This document shows, piece after piece, positions 21,295 through 31,002 of a DNA stretch of 32,000 bases. The stretch is from Mycobacterium tuberculosis H37Rv (GTDB lineage Bacteria > Actinomycetota > Actinomycetes > Mycobacteriales > Mycobacteriaceae), in the NCBI RefSeq assembly GCF_000195955.2, contig NC_000962.3:1680001-1712000 (forward strand), given 5' to 3'. The position numbers and the translations under genes are program-made. The notes under the pieces are model-generated. The model worked only from the letters and a program-made list of their open reading frames with translations, was not told where the DNA came from and did not search any database. Numbering within the stretch: position 1 is the first letter of the stretch; every line of letters starts with the position of its first letter.

Positions 21295-22593
21295 ATGTAC
21301 GAGAGACGGCATGAGCGCGGAATGTGCGACCGTGCCGTCGAGATGACCGACGTCGGCGCTACGGCAGCCCCCACCGGACCTATCGCGCGGGGCAGCGTCG
21401 CTCGGGTCGGCGCGGCGACCGCGTTGGCCGTTGCCTGCGTCTACACGGTCATCTATCTGGCGGCCCGCGACCTACCCCCGGCTTGTTTTTCGATATTCGC
21501 GGTGTTTTGGGGGGCGCTCGGCATTGCCACCGGCGCCACCCACGGCCTCCTGCAAGAAACGACCCGCGAGGTCCGCTGGGTGCGCTCCACCCAAATAGTT
21601 GCGGGCCATCGTACCCATCCGCTGCGGGTGGCCGGGATGATTGGCACCGTCGCGGCCGTCGTAATTGCGGGTAGCTCACCGCTGTGGAGCCGACAGCTAT
21701 TCGTCGAGGGGCGCTGGCTGTCCGTGGGGCTACTCAGCGTTGGGGTGGCCGGGTTCTGCGCGCAGGCGACCCTGCTGGGCGCGCTGGCCGGCGTCGACCG
21801 GTGGACACAGTACGGGTCACTGATGGTGACCGACGCGGTCATCCGGTTGGCGGTCGCCGCGGCAGCGGTTGTGATCGGATGGGGTCTGGCCGGGTACTTG
21901 TGGGCCGCCACCGCGGGAGCGGTGGCGTGGCTGCTCATGCTGATGGCCTCGCCCACCGCGCGCAGCGCGGCCAGCCTGCTGACGCCCGGGGGAATCGCCA
22001 CGTTCGTGCGCGGTGCCGCTCATTCGATAACCGCCGCGGGTGCCAGCGCGATTCTGGTAATGGGTTTCCCAGTGTTGCTCAAAGTGACCTCCGACCAGTT
22101 AGGGGCAAAGGGCGGAGCGGTCATCCTGGCTGTGACCTTGACGCGTGCGCCGCTTCTGGTCCCACTGAGCGCGATGCAAGGCAACCTGATCGCGCATTTC
22201 GTCGACCGGCGCACCCAACGGCTTCGGGCGCTGATCGCACCGGCGCTGGTCGTCGGCGGCATCGGTGCGGTCGGGATGTTGGCCGCAGGGCTTACCGGTC
22301 CCTGGTTGCTGCGTGTTGGATTCGGCCCCGACTACCAAACTGGCGGGGCGTTGCTGGCCTGGTTGACGGCAGCGGCGGTAGCTATCGCCATGCTGACGCT
22401 GACCGGCGCCGCCGCGGTCGCGGCCGCACTGCACCGGGCGTATTTGCTGGGCTGGGTCAGCGCGACGGTGGCGTCGACGCTGTTGCTGCTGCTGCCGATG
22501 CCGCTGGAGACGCGCACCGTGATCGCGCTGTTGTTCGGTCCAACGGTGGGAATCGCCATCCATGTGGCCGCGTTGGCGCGGCGACCCGACTGA
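21295..22593 (+). CDS. Polytopic membrane protein, polysaccharide export/flippase-like (Rv1510-like)
   Basis: 432 aa with about 12 hydrophobic segments; VTLTRAPLLVPLSAMQGNLIAHFVDRR is typical of this O-antigen/polysaccharide-transporter-like group. Confidence 0.75.
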   Translation: MYERRHERGMCDRAVEMTDVGATAAPTGPIARGSVARVGAATALAVACVYTVIYLAARDLPPACFSIFAVFWGALGIATGATHGLLQETTREVRWVRSTQIVAGHRTHPLRVAGMIGTVAAVVIAGSSPLWSRQLFVEGRWLSVGLLSVGVAGFCAQATLLGALAGVDRWTQYGSLMVTDAVIRLAVAAAAVVIGWGLAGYLWAATAGAVAWLLMLMASPTARSAASLLTPGGIATFVRGAAHSITAAGASAILVMGFPVLLKVTSDQLGAKGGAVILAVTLTRAPLLVPLSAMQGNLIAHFVDRRTQRLRALIAPALVVGGIGAVGMLAAGLTGPWLLRVGFGPDYQTGGALLAWLTAAAVAIAMLTLTGAAAVAAALHRAYLLGWVSATVASTLLLLLPMPLETRTVIALLFGPTVGIAIHVAALARRPD

Positions 22594-22864
22594 TTTGTGC
22601 CCCAGGTCGACAAATCACGCCGTCTCGTCAGTGAGCACTCCGTCCTCGGGTCCGATCCTTCCAGGAGACGTTGCAACCTGATTTGGCTCAAATTGGTGCG
22701 CACCGAGGGTCGGGCACATCGTAGGGTCGCAACAGTCACATGTGTCACTGCACCGGGCGACACCCGATGTCCCGGCTCTCAGCGACAGCTGTCTGACCTG
22801 TGGTTTTGTTCCCAAGTTGGTCGTGGCTGTGCGGGATTGGAGGTGGCGTGGGGGTCGCGTCGTA

Positions 22865-23110
22865 TGGATTCTCCTCCTCGGTTCCGCGCGAAACGGCCGC
22901 AGGCGCAATGGTCACCAACTTGGCCGCGGTGGAGTCTAGCCTCACATTTTCCTGGTCGCCCCCGACAACCAGGAGGTCGCTGCAGAACGGGCGTTCCCTA
23001 CCCACATCTACTATGAAGCGACAGCGGCGCCCCGCTGTGATGGCTGAGCATGACCGACAGAGGCGGGAAGACAGTGAAGCGAGCGCTCATCACCGGAATC
23101 ACCGGCCAGG
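22865..23110 (+). repeat. Copy B of a duplicated leader plus 5' gmd segment
   Basis: Shares GGATTCTCCTC...GGTTCYGCGCGAAACGG, CYACATCTA, GTGAAGCGAGCGCTCATCACCGGAATCAC and TCGTATCTCGC with copy A; diverged but collinear. Confidence 0.75.
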
Positions 23111-24096
23111 ACGGCTCGTATCTCGCCGAACTGCTGCTGGCCAAGGGGTATGAGGTTCACGGGCTCATCCGGCGCGCTTCGACGTTCAACACCTCGCGGA
23201 TCGATCACCTCTACGTCGACCCGCACCAACCGGGCGCGCGGCTGTTTCTGCACTATGGTGACCTGATCGACGGAACCCGGTTGGTGACCCTGCTGAGCAC
23301 CATCGAACCCGACGAGGTGTACAACCTGGCGGCGCAGTCACACGTGCGGGTGAGCTTCGACGAACCCGTGCACACCGGTGACACCACCGGCATGGGATCC
23401 ATGCGACTGCTGGAAGCCGTTCGGCTCTCTCGGGTGCACTGCCGCTTCTATCAGGCGTCCTCGTCGGAGATGTTCGGCGCCTCGCCGCCACCGCAGAACG
23501 AGCTGACGCCGTTCTACCCGCGGTCACCGTATGGCGCCGCCAAGGTCTATTCGTACTGGGCGACCCGCAATTATCGCGAAGCGTACGGATTGTTCGCCGT
23601 TAACGGCATCTTGTTCAATCACGAATCACCGCGGCGCGGTGAGACGTTCGTGACCCGAAAGATCACCAGGGCCGTGGCACGCATCAAGGCCGGTATCCAG
23701 TCCGAGGTCTATATGGGCAATCTGGATGCGGTCCGCGACTGGGGGTACGCGCCCGAATACGTCGAAGGCATGTGGCGGATGCTGCAGACCGACGAGCCCG
23801 ACGACTTCGTTTTGGCGACCGGGCGCGGTTTCACCGTGCGTGAGTTCGCGCGGGCCGCGTTCGAGCATGCCGGTTTGGACTGGCAGCAGTACGTGAAATT
23901 CGACCAACGCTATCTGCGGCCCACCGAGGTGGATTCGCTGATCGGCGACGCGACCAAGGCTGCCGAATTGCTGGGCTGGAGGGCTTCGGTGCACACTGAC
24001 GAGTTGGCTCGGATCATGGTCGACGCGGACATGGCGGCGCTGGAGTGCGAAGGCAAGCCGTGGATCGACAAGCCGATGATCGCCGGCCGGACATGA
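23074..24096 (+). CDS. gmdA: GDP-mannose 4,6-dehydratase
   Basis: 340 aa [47 protein letters not shown]...[22 protein letters not shown]; catalytic YxxxK context. Confidence 0.97.
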   Translation: MKRALITGITGQDGSYLAELLLAKGYEVHGLIRRASTFNTSRIDHLYVDPHQPGARLFLHYGDLIDGTRLVTLLSTIEPDEVYNLAAQSHVRVSFDEPVHTGDTTGMGSMRLLEAVRLSRVHCRFYQASSSEMFGASPPPQNELTPFYPRSPYGAAKVYSYWATRNYREAYGLFAVNGILFNHESPRRGETFVTRKITRAVARIKAGIQSEVYMGNLDAVRDWGYAPEYVEGMWRMLQTDEPDDFVLATGRGFTVREFARAAFEHAGLDWQQYVKFDQRYLRPTEVDSLIGDATKAAELLGWRASVHTDELARIMVDADMAALECEGKPWIDKPMIAGRT

Positions 24097-25061
24097 ACGC
24101 GCACACCTCGGTCGGCCCGCTTGACCGCGCGGCCCGGGTCTACATCGCCGGGCATCGCGGCCTGGTCGGGTCCGCGCTGCTACGCACGTTTGCGGGCGCG
24201 GGGTTCACCAACCTGCTGGTGCGGTCACGCGCCGAGCTTGATCTGACGGATCGGGCCGCGACGTTCGACTTCGTTCTCGAGTCGAGGCCGCAGGTCGTCA
24301 TCGACGCGGCGGCCCGGGTCGGCGGCATCCTGGCCAACGACACCTACCCGGCCGATTTCCTGTCGGAAAACCTCCAGATCCAGGTCAACCTGCTGGATGC
24401 CGCCGTGGCGGCGCGGGTGCCGCGGCTGCTGTTCCTGGGCTCGTCGTGCATCTACCCGAAACTCGCCCCGCAGCCGATCCCGGAGAGCGCGCTGCTCACC
24501 GGTCCGTTGGAGCCGACCAACGACGCGTACGCGATCGCCAAAATCGCCGGCATCCTTGCGGTCCAGGCGGTGCGCCGCCAACATGGCCTGCCGTGGATCT
24601 CGGCGATGCCCACCAACCTGTACGGGCCAGGCGACAACTTTTCGCCGTCCGGCTCGCATCTGCTGCCGGCACTCATCCGCCGCTATGACGAGGCCAAAGC
24701 CAGTGGCGCGCCCAACGTGACCAACTGGGGCACCGGCACGCCCCGACGGGAGTTGCTGCACGTCGACGACCTGGCGAGCGCATGCCTGTATCTGCTGGAA
24801 CATTTCGACGGGCCGACCCATGTCAACGTGGGAACCGGCATCGACCACACCATCGGCGAGATCGCCGAGATGGTCGCCTCGGCGGTAGGCTATAGCGGCG
24901 AAACCCGCTGGGATCCAAGCAAACCGGACGGAACACCACGCAAACTGCTGGATGTTTCGGTGCTACGGGAGGCGGGATGGCGGCCTTCGATCGCGCTGCG
25001 CGACGGCATCGAGGCGACGGTGGCGTGGTATCGCGAGCACGCGGGAACGGTTCGGCAATGA
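24093..25061 (+). CDS. epiA: GDP-L-fucose synthase (nucleotide-sugar epimerase/reductase)
   Basis: 322 aa [33 protein letters not shown]...; [44 protein letters not shown] overlap with gmdA. Confidence 0.96.
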   Translation: MNAHTSVGPLDRAARVYIAGHRGLVGSALLRTFAGAGFTNLLVRSRAELDLTDRAATFDFVLESRPQVVIDAAARVGGILANDTYPADFLSENLQIQVNLLDAAVAARVPRLLFLGSSCIYPKLAPQPIPESALLTGPLEPTNDAYAIAKIAGILAVQAVRRQHGLPWISAMPTNLYGPGDNFSPSGSHLLPALIRRYDEAKASGAPNVTNWGTGTPRRELLHVDDLASACLYLLEHFDGPTHVNVGTGIDHTIGEIAEMVASAVGYSGETRWDPSKPDGTPRKLLDVSVLREAGWRPSIALRDGIEATVAWYREHAGTVRQ

Positions 25062-25789
25062 GGCTGGCCCGTCGCGCTCGGAACATCTTGCGTCGCAACG
25101 GCATCGAGGTGTCGCGCTACTTTGCCGAACTGGACTGGGAACGCAATTTCTTGCGCCAACTGCAATCGCATCGGGTCAGTGCCGTGCTCGATGTCGGGGC
25201 CAATTCGGGGCAGTACGCCAGGGGTCTGCGCGGCGCGGGCTTCGCGGGCCGCATCGTCTCGTTCGAGCCGCTGCCCGGGCCCTTTGCCGTCTTGCAGCGC
25301 AGCGCCTCCACGGACCCGTTGTGGGAATGCCGGCGCTGTGCGCTGGGCGATGTCGATGGAACCATCTCGATCAACGTCGCCGGCAACGAGGGCGCCAGCA
25401 GTTCCGTCTTGCCGATGTTGAAACGACATCAGGACGCCTTTCCACCAGCCAACTACGTGGGCGCCCAACGGGTGCCGATACATCGACTCGATTCCGTGGC
25501 TGCAGACGTTCTGCGGCCCAACGATATTGCGTTCTTGAAGATCGACGTTCAAGGATTCGAGAAGCAGGTGATCGCGGGTGGCGATTCAACGGTGCACGAC
25601 CGATGCGTCGGCATGCAGCTCGAGCTGTCTTTCCAGCCGTTGTACGAGGGTGGCATGCTCATCCGCGAGGCGCTCGATCTCGTGGATTCGTTGGGCTTTA
25701 CGCTCTCGGGATTGCAACCCGGTTTCACCGACCCCCGCAACGGTCGAATGCTGCAGGCCGATGGCATCTTCTTCCGGGGCAGCGATTGA
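25058..25789 (+). CDS. FkbM-family methyltransferase (Rv1513-like)
   Basis: 243 aa; VSAVLDVGANSGQYARGLRGAGFAGRIVSFEPLPGPFAVLQR...IAFLKIDVQGFEKQVIAGG. ATGA overlap with epiA. Confidence 0.93.
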   Translation: MRLARRARNILRRNGIEVSRYFAELDWERNFLRQLQSHRVSAVLDVGANSGQYARGLRGAGFAGRIVSFEPLPGPFAVLQRSASTDPLWECRRCALGDVDGTISINVAGNEGASSSVLPMLKRHQDAFPPANYVGAQRVPIHRLDSVAADVLRPNDIAFLKIDVQGFEKQVIAGGDSTVHDRCVGMQLELSFQPLYEGGMLIREALDLVDSLGFTLSGLQPGFTDPRNGRMLQADGIFFRGSD

Positions 25790-25806
25790 CGCGCCGGCGC
25801 GTCAAT

Positions 25807-26595
25807 CTATTTCGACATTCGCGTGAAGACGTTTTCCCAGAATCGACTGTTGTAGGCGTAGAACTCCCGGCCGCGTAGGTAGGCATGTGATATTCGCCTT
25901 CCCCCGAACGGGTAGCGGCGATGAAGGTCGCCCATGCGGCGCAGATCACCGAAGACCGCGCTTGGTTCCCGGTGCGAGCCGACGCCCGTGGTGTCGAACT
26001 CGCACAGCACACACCGAATCGTGACCGGCTCGCATACCAGCGCGGCCCGCAATATGAATTCCTGGTCGGCGGCGATCCCGAAATCAAGGTCGTAGCCACC
26101 GATCTTGGCCACCAGCGATGATCCGAAGAACGATGCTTGATGCGGAACAACCTGCTTGCCGGCCAGGAATTTGCGCAGGCTGAAAGGTATCGGGCCGCGC
26201 ACCCGATCGAGCCCGACGAGACGATCCATCCCGAAGCCCCACAATTCGGACACCGGTCCCTTGCCGGATAGCGCCTCCACGGCCTGGGCTACCACGTCGG
26301 GCCCGGAAAAACGATCGGCGGAGTGCAAGAACCACAACAGATCACCCGATGCGTGCGCGATGCCCTGGTTCATCGCGTCGTACCGCCCGCCGTCGGGCTC
26401 GGACTGCCAATACGCGAAGCCTGGTTCACACCCGGACAGGTATGCCACCACGTCGTCGCCGCTGCCACCGTCGATTACGATGTGCTCGATGCGTCCCCGG
26501 TAGCGTTGCGCCCGCACACTTTTCACCGTGCGCTGCAACCCGTCGAGGTCGTTGAACGAGATCGTTATCACCGAGACGGTCGGAGCAGACGTCAC
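25807..26595 (-). CDS. GT2 glycosyltransferase (Rv1514c-like)
   Basis: 262 aa VSVITISFNDLDGLQRTVKSVRAQRYRGRIEHIVIDGGSGDDVVAYL...YWQSEPDGGRYDAMNQGIAHASGDLLWFLHSADRF. Confidence 0.93.
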   Translation of the reverse strand: MTSAPTVSVITISFNDLDGLQRTVKSVRAQRYRGRIEHIVIDGGSGDDVVAYLSGCEPGFAYWQSEPDGGRYDAMNQGIAHASGDLLWFLHSADRFSGPDVVAQAVEALSGKGPVSELWGFGMDRLVGLDRVRGPIPFSLRKFLAGKQVVPHQASFFGSSLVAKIGGYDLDFGIAADQEFILRAALVCEPVTIRCVLCEFDTTGVGSHREPSAVFGDLRRMGDLHRRYPFGGRRISHAYLRGREFYAYNSRFWENVFTRMSK

Positions 26596-26629
26596 CGAGT
26601 TCCCCTAGGTTGCTGGCGGCGATTGTGGA

Positions 26630-27526
26630 TCACCGGGTCTTGATACCGATGAAGGTGCCTCGAAGATTCGCCGCATAGGAACCTCCGAGCAACGACTCGG
26701 CGATGCTTGGTTCCAAGTTGTCGTACTCCTCCATCACCAGGTCGACGCCGACGTCTTTGATGGCCTGAAGTAGGTGCTCGCGTTGAATCCAGAATGACCG
26801 GCGATTGTCCCAGGACGCCCATTTTGCGGTGTCGCGCTGGCCAAACGAGCGGTCGTCGGAAAACTCGGTAAACCACCTACCGGGAAGTCCCTCATGTTCG
26901 GTGGGCGCCGAGAGCATGAACTTCACCGGCGCCGGCCGCCGCAGCAACCGATCGGTCAATTGTCGTGCCGTCGTGGGCAACCGGAGCCATTTATCGCTCC
27001 GGTTGATGATCGAGAAGTGCGTCTGGAGAATCAGCAGCTTGTTCGTTACCGACGAGAGGGTTTCCAGGTATTGCTTCGGATTCTCCAGGTGGTAGAAGAG
27101 GCCGCAGCAGAAGACGGTATCGAAGAGCCCGTGGTTGGCGATGTTGAGGGCGTTGTCGTGGACGAACCGGAGATTCGGCAGGTTGGTCTTCGATTTGATG
27201 TAGTTGCAGGCCGCCATGTTCAGCTCGCGAACCTCGATCCCGAGGACCTGAAATCCCATGCGCGCGAACCCGACCGCGTACCCGCCTTCCAAGCAGCCGA
27301 CATCGGCCAGGCGTAGGTGGCTCTTGTCCCCGGGAAAGACGGTTTCCAGAATCCCGCGCGCCGAGATGAACCAGGACGATTCGTCTAACGTGCGCGAGGA
27401 CTCCGGTATCGTCAAGGTTCCGTCGTCGAGGCGAACGTTGTGGGCGGTGAATTGTACCGCGCCGGCCGAATGTTCCTGTGCCATCACTTGGTTAGCCCCT
27501 TCGGCTGGTCCTGGGTTTGTCGACAT
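26630..27526 (-). CDS. SAM-dependent methyltransferase (Rv1515c-like)
   Basis: 298 aa from ATG 27526; LRLADVGCLEGGYAVGFARMGFQVLGIEVREL; FDTVFCCGLFYHLENPKQYLETL. Confidence 0.87.
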   Translation of the reverse strand: MSTNPGPAEGANQVMAQEHSAGAVQFTAHNVRLDDGTLTIPESSRTLDESSWFISARGILETVFPGDKSHLRLADVGCLEGGYAVGFARMGFQVLGIEVRELNMAACNYIKSKTNLPNLRFVHDNALNIANHGLFDTVFCCGLFYHLENPKQYLETLSSVTNKLLILQTHFSIINRSDKWLRLPTTARQLTDRLLRRPAPVKFMLSAPTEHEGLPGRWFTEFSDDRSFGQRDTAKWASWDNRRSFWIQREHLLQAIKDVGVDLVMEEYDNLEPSIAESLLGGSYAANLRGTFIGIKTR

Positions 27527-27528
27527 GG

Positions 27529-28539
27529 TCAGGCTCGACAGCCGCGTCGGAGCCGGGAGGGCCACACATCCACGAGCCCCCTGCGGCTCGGCGTCGCGGC
27601 GGCGAGCTTGCGCCACTGGGTCTTGAGCCGCCGCGCGGGTGTCGCCCCGCGGTGCTGCAGCGCCAGCATGGCGATCCGGGGATGGCGCGCGATGGTTTCC
27701 TGCAGCGCGGCGCGCCCCTCCGGGCCTGGAACGTTGGCGATCTGGCGAAGGATCCAGTCGGCCATGACGGCGATGAGCTCCTCGCGCGCGGGGTCTCCCG
27801 GGAACAGGTCGAGCATCGCGTCAAACGTCGCCGCATGCCCCGGACCCTGCGTCAACCAGAACTTTGGCGGGTCCACCACCTGGTTGTGCCACATGCCTTG
27901 GGCGTGGCGGCGATACACGGCCATGGTGTCGGGCAACATGGCGATGTCGCCATGCACCGCGTGCCGGACGTGCAGATACCAGTCCAGGGGCATGACGTCG
28001 GCAGGAATGTCGTCGTAGCGCTCGAGGCGACGGTACACGGCCGAGTTGGTCTGGATGAAGTTCATCAAGATCAACGCATCCAGGCTCAAGTTGCCCCGCA
28101 CCCGAACCGGGGGGAACTTCGAGTCCTTGGCATGGCCGTCCTCCCATATCACTCGGACGGGATGGAAGCACACCGTCGTCTTGGGGTGCCGGTCGAGGAA
28201 TGCGACCTGTTTGCTTAGCTTCAGCGGATCGATCCAGTAGTCGTCCGCCTCGCACAACGCGACGTACTCGCCGCGAGCGGCCGACAGGGCGCCGGTCAGG
28301 TTCCCATTGAGGCCGAGGTTTTCGGTCCTGAAGATCGGCCGGAACACGTGCGGGTACCGCTCGGCGTACTCACGGATGATCGCCGGGGTGGCATCGGTCG
28401 ACGCGTCGTCGGCGACGATGATCTCCACCGGGAAGTCGGTTTGCTGGTCGAGAAAGCTGTCGAAGGCCTGACGGGCGTAGCCCGCCTGGTTGTGAGTGGT
28501 CGAGACGATGCTCACCTTGGGGCAAAGCTGGGGACTCAC
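27529..28539 (-). CDS. GT2 glycosyltransferase (Rv1516c-like)
   Basis: 336 aa from GTG 28539; KVSIVSTTHNQAGYARQAFDSFLDQQTDFPVEIIVADDASTDATPAII...CEADDYWIDPLKLSKQVAFLDRHP. Confidence 0.93.
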   Translation of the reverse strand: MSPQLCPKVSIVSTTHNQAGYARQAFDSFLDQQTDFPVEIIVADDASTDATPAIIREYAERYPHVFRPIFRTENLGLNGNLTGALSAARGEYVALCEADDYWIDPLKLSKQVAFLDRHPKTTVCFHPVRVIWEDGHAKDSKFPPVRVRGNLSLDALILMNFIQTNSAVYRRLERYDDIPADVMPLDWYLHVRHAVHGDIAMLPDTMAVYRRHAQGMWHNQVVDPPKFWLTQGPGHAATFDAMLDLFPGDPAREELIAVMADWILRQIANVPGPEGRAALQETIARHPRIAMLALQHRGATPARRLKTQWRKLAAATPSRRGLVDVWPSRLRRGCRA

Positions 28540-28870
28540 CGTCGGCCCTTTTCCTGCGCGGCCGCAAGGGTATTGCGATGGCGAACGTGAATCGCCTGTG
28601 CCCGCCGGCCGTCGGCCGTCGTGGCCTGGTGGTCGGCGGACGTACGGCACACGCTGGCGAAGTATAGCGAGGGTGCACTGACGTTGGGCTCGAACCGCGT
28701 GGCGCGCGGTGTGGGCGCACCGTCTCGAGTCGGTGCTGGTTGGCTCGCGGCCTACAACGGCGCTCTCCGCGGCGCGGGCGTACCGGATATCTTAGCTGGT
28801 CAATAGCCATTTTTCAGCAATTTCTCAGTAACGCTACGGGGCGCGCCGTGCCGTAGTAGCGTCCCCACTG

Positions 28871-29635
28871 ATGTGGACGATGGTGCTCCTTTTGGGGTTG
28901 GGGATGGCGATTGACCCGGCGCGTCTGGGACTCGCGGTCGTCATGCTGTCGCGGCGTCGGCCCATGCTGAATCTGTTCGCCTTCTGGGTGGGCGGCATGG
29001 TGGCGGGTGTCGGCATCGCGCTAGCCGTGCTGGTGTTCATGCGCGATGTCGCCTTGGCGGCCATACAAGGCGTGGTGTCCGCGGCCAACGAGTTCAGGGA
29101 AGCGGTCGGGATCCTGGCGGGTGGGCGTCTGCACATCGTCATCGGTGTCATCATGCTGCTGTTGGCCGCGCGCATGGTGGCTCGCGCGCGGGCGCAGGTA
29201 GGGGTACCGGTAGGGCCAGTGGGGGTAGCCGACGGTGGAATGTCGGCCCTGGCGCTAGCGCAGCGCCCCCCGGGTCTTGTTGCGCGGCTGGAAGTGCGTA
29301 CTCAACAGATGCTGCAGGGCGACGTTGTGTGGCCGGCGTTCGTGGTGGGCGTCGCCTCGTCCGCACCGCCCTTCGAGAGTGTGGTGGCGTTGACGGTCAT
29401 CATGGCATCGGGAGCCGAGATCGGCACTCAGCTCGGCGCATTTGTCGTGTTCACCCTCCTGGTGCTTGCGGTCATCGAGATTCCGTTGGTCGCCTACCTG
29501 GCGATACCGCAGCAAACCCAGCAGGTTATGCTGCGGTTTCAGGATTGGGTACGGTCCAATCGTCGGCAGATCTCCCTCACCATCCTGATAGGGGTCGGGT
29601 TCCTCTTTTTGTACCAGGGCGTGACTAGTCTCTGA
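28871..29635 (+). CDS. GAP/Sap-like six-TM membrane protein (Rv1517-like)
   Basis: 254 aa; [53 protein letters not shown], typical GAP-family N-terminus. Confidence 0.75.
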   Translation: MWTMVLLLGLGMAIDPARLGLAVVMLSRRRPMLNLFAFWVGGMVAGVGIALAVLVFMRDVALAAIQGVVSAANEFREAVGILAGGRLHIVIGVIMLLLAARMVARARAQVGVPVGPVGVADGGMSALALAQRPPGLVARLEVRTQQMLQGDVVWPAFVVGVASSAPPFESVVALTVIMASGAEIGTQLGAFVVFTLLVLAVIEIPLVAYLAIPQQTQQVMLRFQDWVRSNRRQISLTILIGVGFLFLYQGVTSL

Positions 29636-29643
29636 GTCGCCAT

Positions 29644-30603
29644 GTGGTGCCTGGTGATGCATCAAGCGTGGTATCGGTGAACCCGGCGAAACCGCTTATC
29701 TCGGTGTGCATCCCGATGTACAACAACGGCGCCACCATCGAGCGCTGTCTGCGTAGCATCCTCGAACAGGAGGGCGTCGAGTTCGAGATCGTGGTCGTTG
29801 ACGACGACTCGTCCGACGACTGCGCCGCGATCGCCGCAACGATGCTGCGACCCGGAGACCGCTTGCTGCGAAATGAGCCTCGCCTCGGCCTCAACCGAAA
29901 CCACAACAAATGTCTGGAAGTCGCGCGCGGCGGACTTATTCAGTTCGTACATGGTGATGATCGGCTGCTCCCCGGAGCCCTGCAGACACTCAGCCGACGT
30001 TTTGAGGATCCCAGTGTCGGAATGGCTTTCGCCCCCCGACGGGTGGAGAGCGACGACATCAAGTGGCAACAACGGTACGGCAGGGTCCATACCCGTTTCC
30101 GCAAGCTGCGCGACCGCAACCACGGGCCGTCGCTGGTCTTGCAGATGGTATTGCACGGCGCGAAGGAAAATTGGATCGGCGAACCGACCGCCGTGATGTT
30201 TCGGCGGCAATTGGCGCTGGACGCCGGTGGTTTTCGCACCGATATCTACCAGCTCGTCGATGTGGACTTCTGGCTTCGGTTGATGCTGAGGTCGGCGGTC
30301 TGCTTCGTTCCGCACGAGCTCTCGGTGCGCCGTCACACGGCGGCGACGGAGACCACACGGGTGATGGCGACTCGGCGCAACGTGCTGGACCGACAGCGCA
30401 TTCTCACCTGGTTGATCGTGGACCCGTTGTCGCCCAACAGCGTTCGCAGCGCCGCGGCGCTGTGGTGGATACCCGCATGGCTGGCCATGATCGTGGAGGT
30501 GGCCGTGCTCGGACCGCAGCGGCGGACGCACTTGAAGGCTTTGGCGCCGGCCCCATTCCGCGAGTTCGCCCACGCCCGGCGTCAACTGCCGATGGCTGAC
30601 TAG
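29644..30603 (+). CDS. GT2 glycosyltransferase (Rv1518-like)
   Basis: 319 aa; [48 protein letters not shown]...[16 protein letters not shown]. Confidence 0.92.
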
Positions 30604-30732
30604 CAGTCGCACTCTGCCTGGCCGTCGTCGGAGCCACAGACAATTCCAACCCATTTGGCCTGGCGGCCAAGATGACATTTTTACAAGGTAAGGCTAGCCT
30701 TAAGCGTCCGCGTATCCAGGACCTCGGGTCTG

Positions 30733-31002
30733 TTGCGTTGTGGTTGCCTCGCATGCGACGGAGTGCTCTGCGCCAACGGCCCAGGTCGTCCGAGAAGGCC
30801 AGCCTTGACCTGTACAGCTGTGGCGACCCGAACGTTGCACAGCTTGGCGACGAATGCCGAGTTGGTCGAGTCGGCCGATCTGACCGTCACCGAGGATATT
30901 TGCTCGCGAATCGTGTCGCTGCCAGTTCACGACCACATGGCCATTGCCGACGTTGCGCGGGTCGTTGCGCCGTTCGGGGAAGGGTTAGCGCGCGGTGGTT
31001 GA
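30733..31002 (+). CDS. Small hypothetical ORF (Rv1519-like, 89 aa), possibly a DegT/DnrJ-type aminotransferase C-terminal remnant
   Basis: C-terminal ADLTVTEDICSRIVSLPVHDHMAIADVARVVAPF resembles the LPxTExxxxRVLSLPxxPxLxDxDVxxVV tail of PLP-dependent sugar aminotransferases. Confidence 0.4.
   Translation: MRCGCLACDGVLCANGPGRPRRPALTCTAVATRTLHSLATNAELVESADLTVTEDICSRIVSLPVHDHMAIADVARVVAPFGEGLARGG

Noticed and set aside
29662-30678. 338 aa minus-strand ORF opposite the GT2 gene
   Set aside because: The plus-strand product has clear GT2 motifs; the antisense ORF has no recognisable family.
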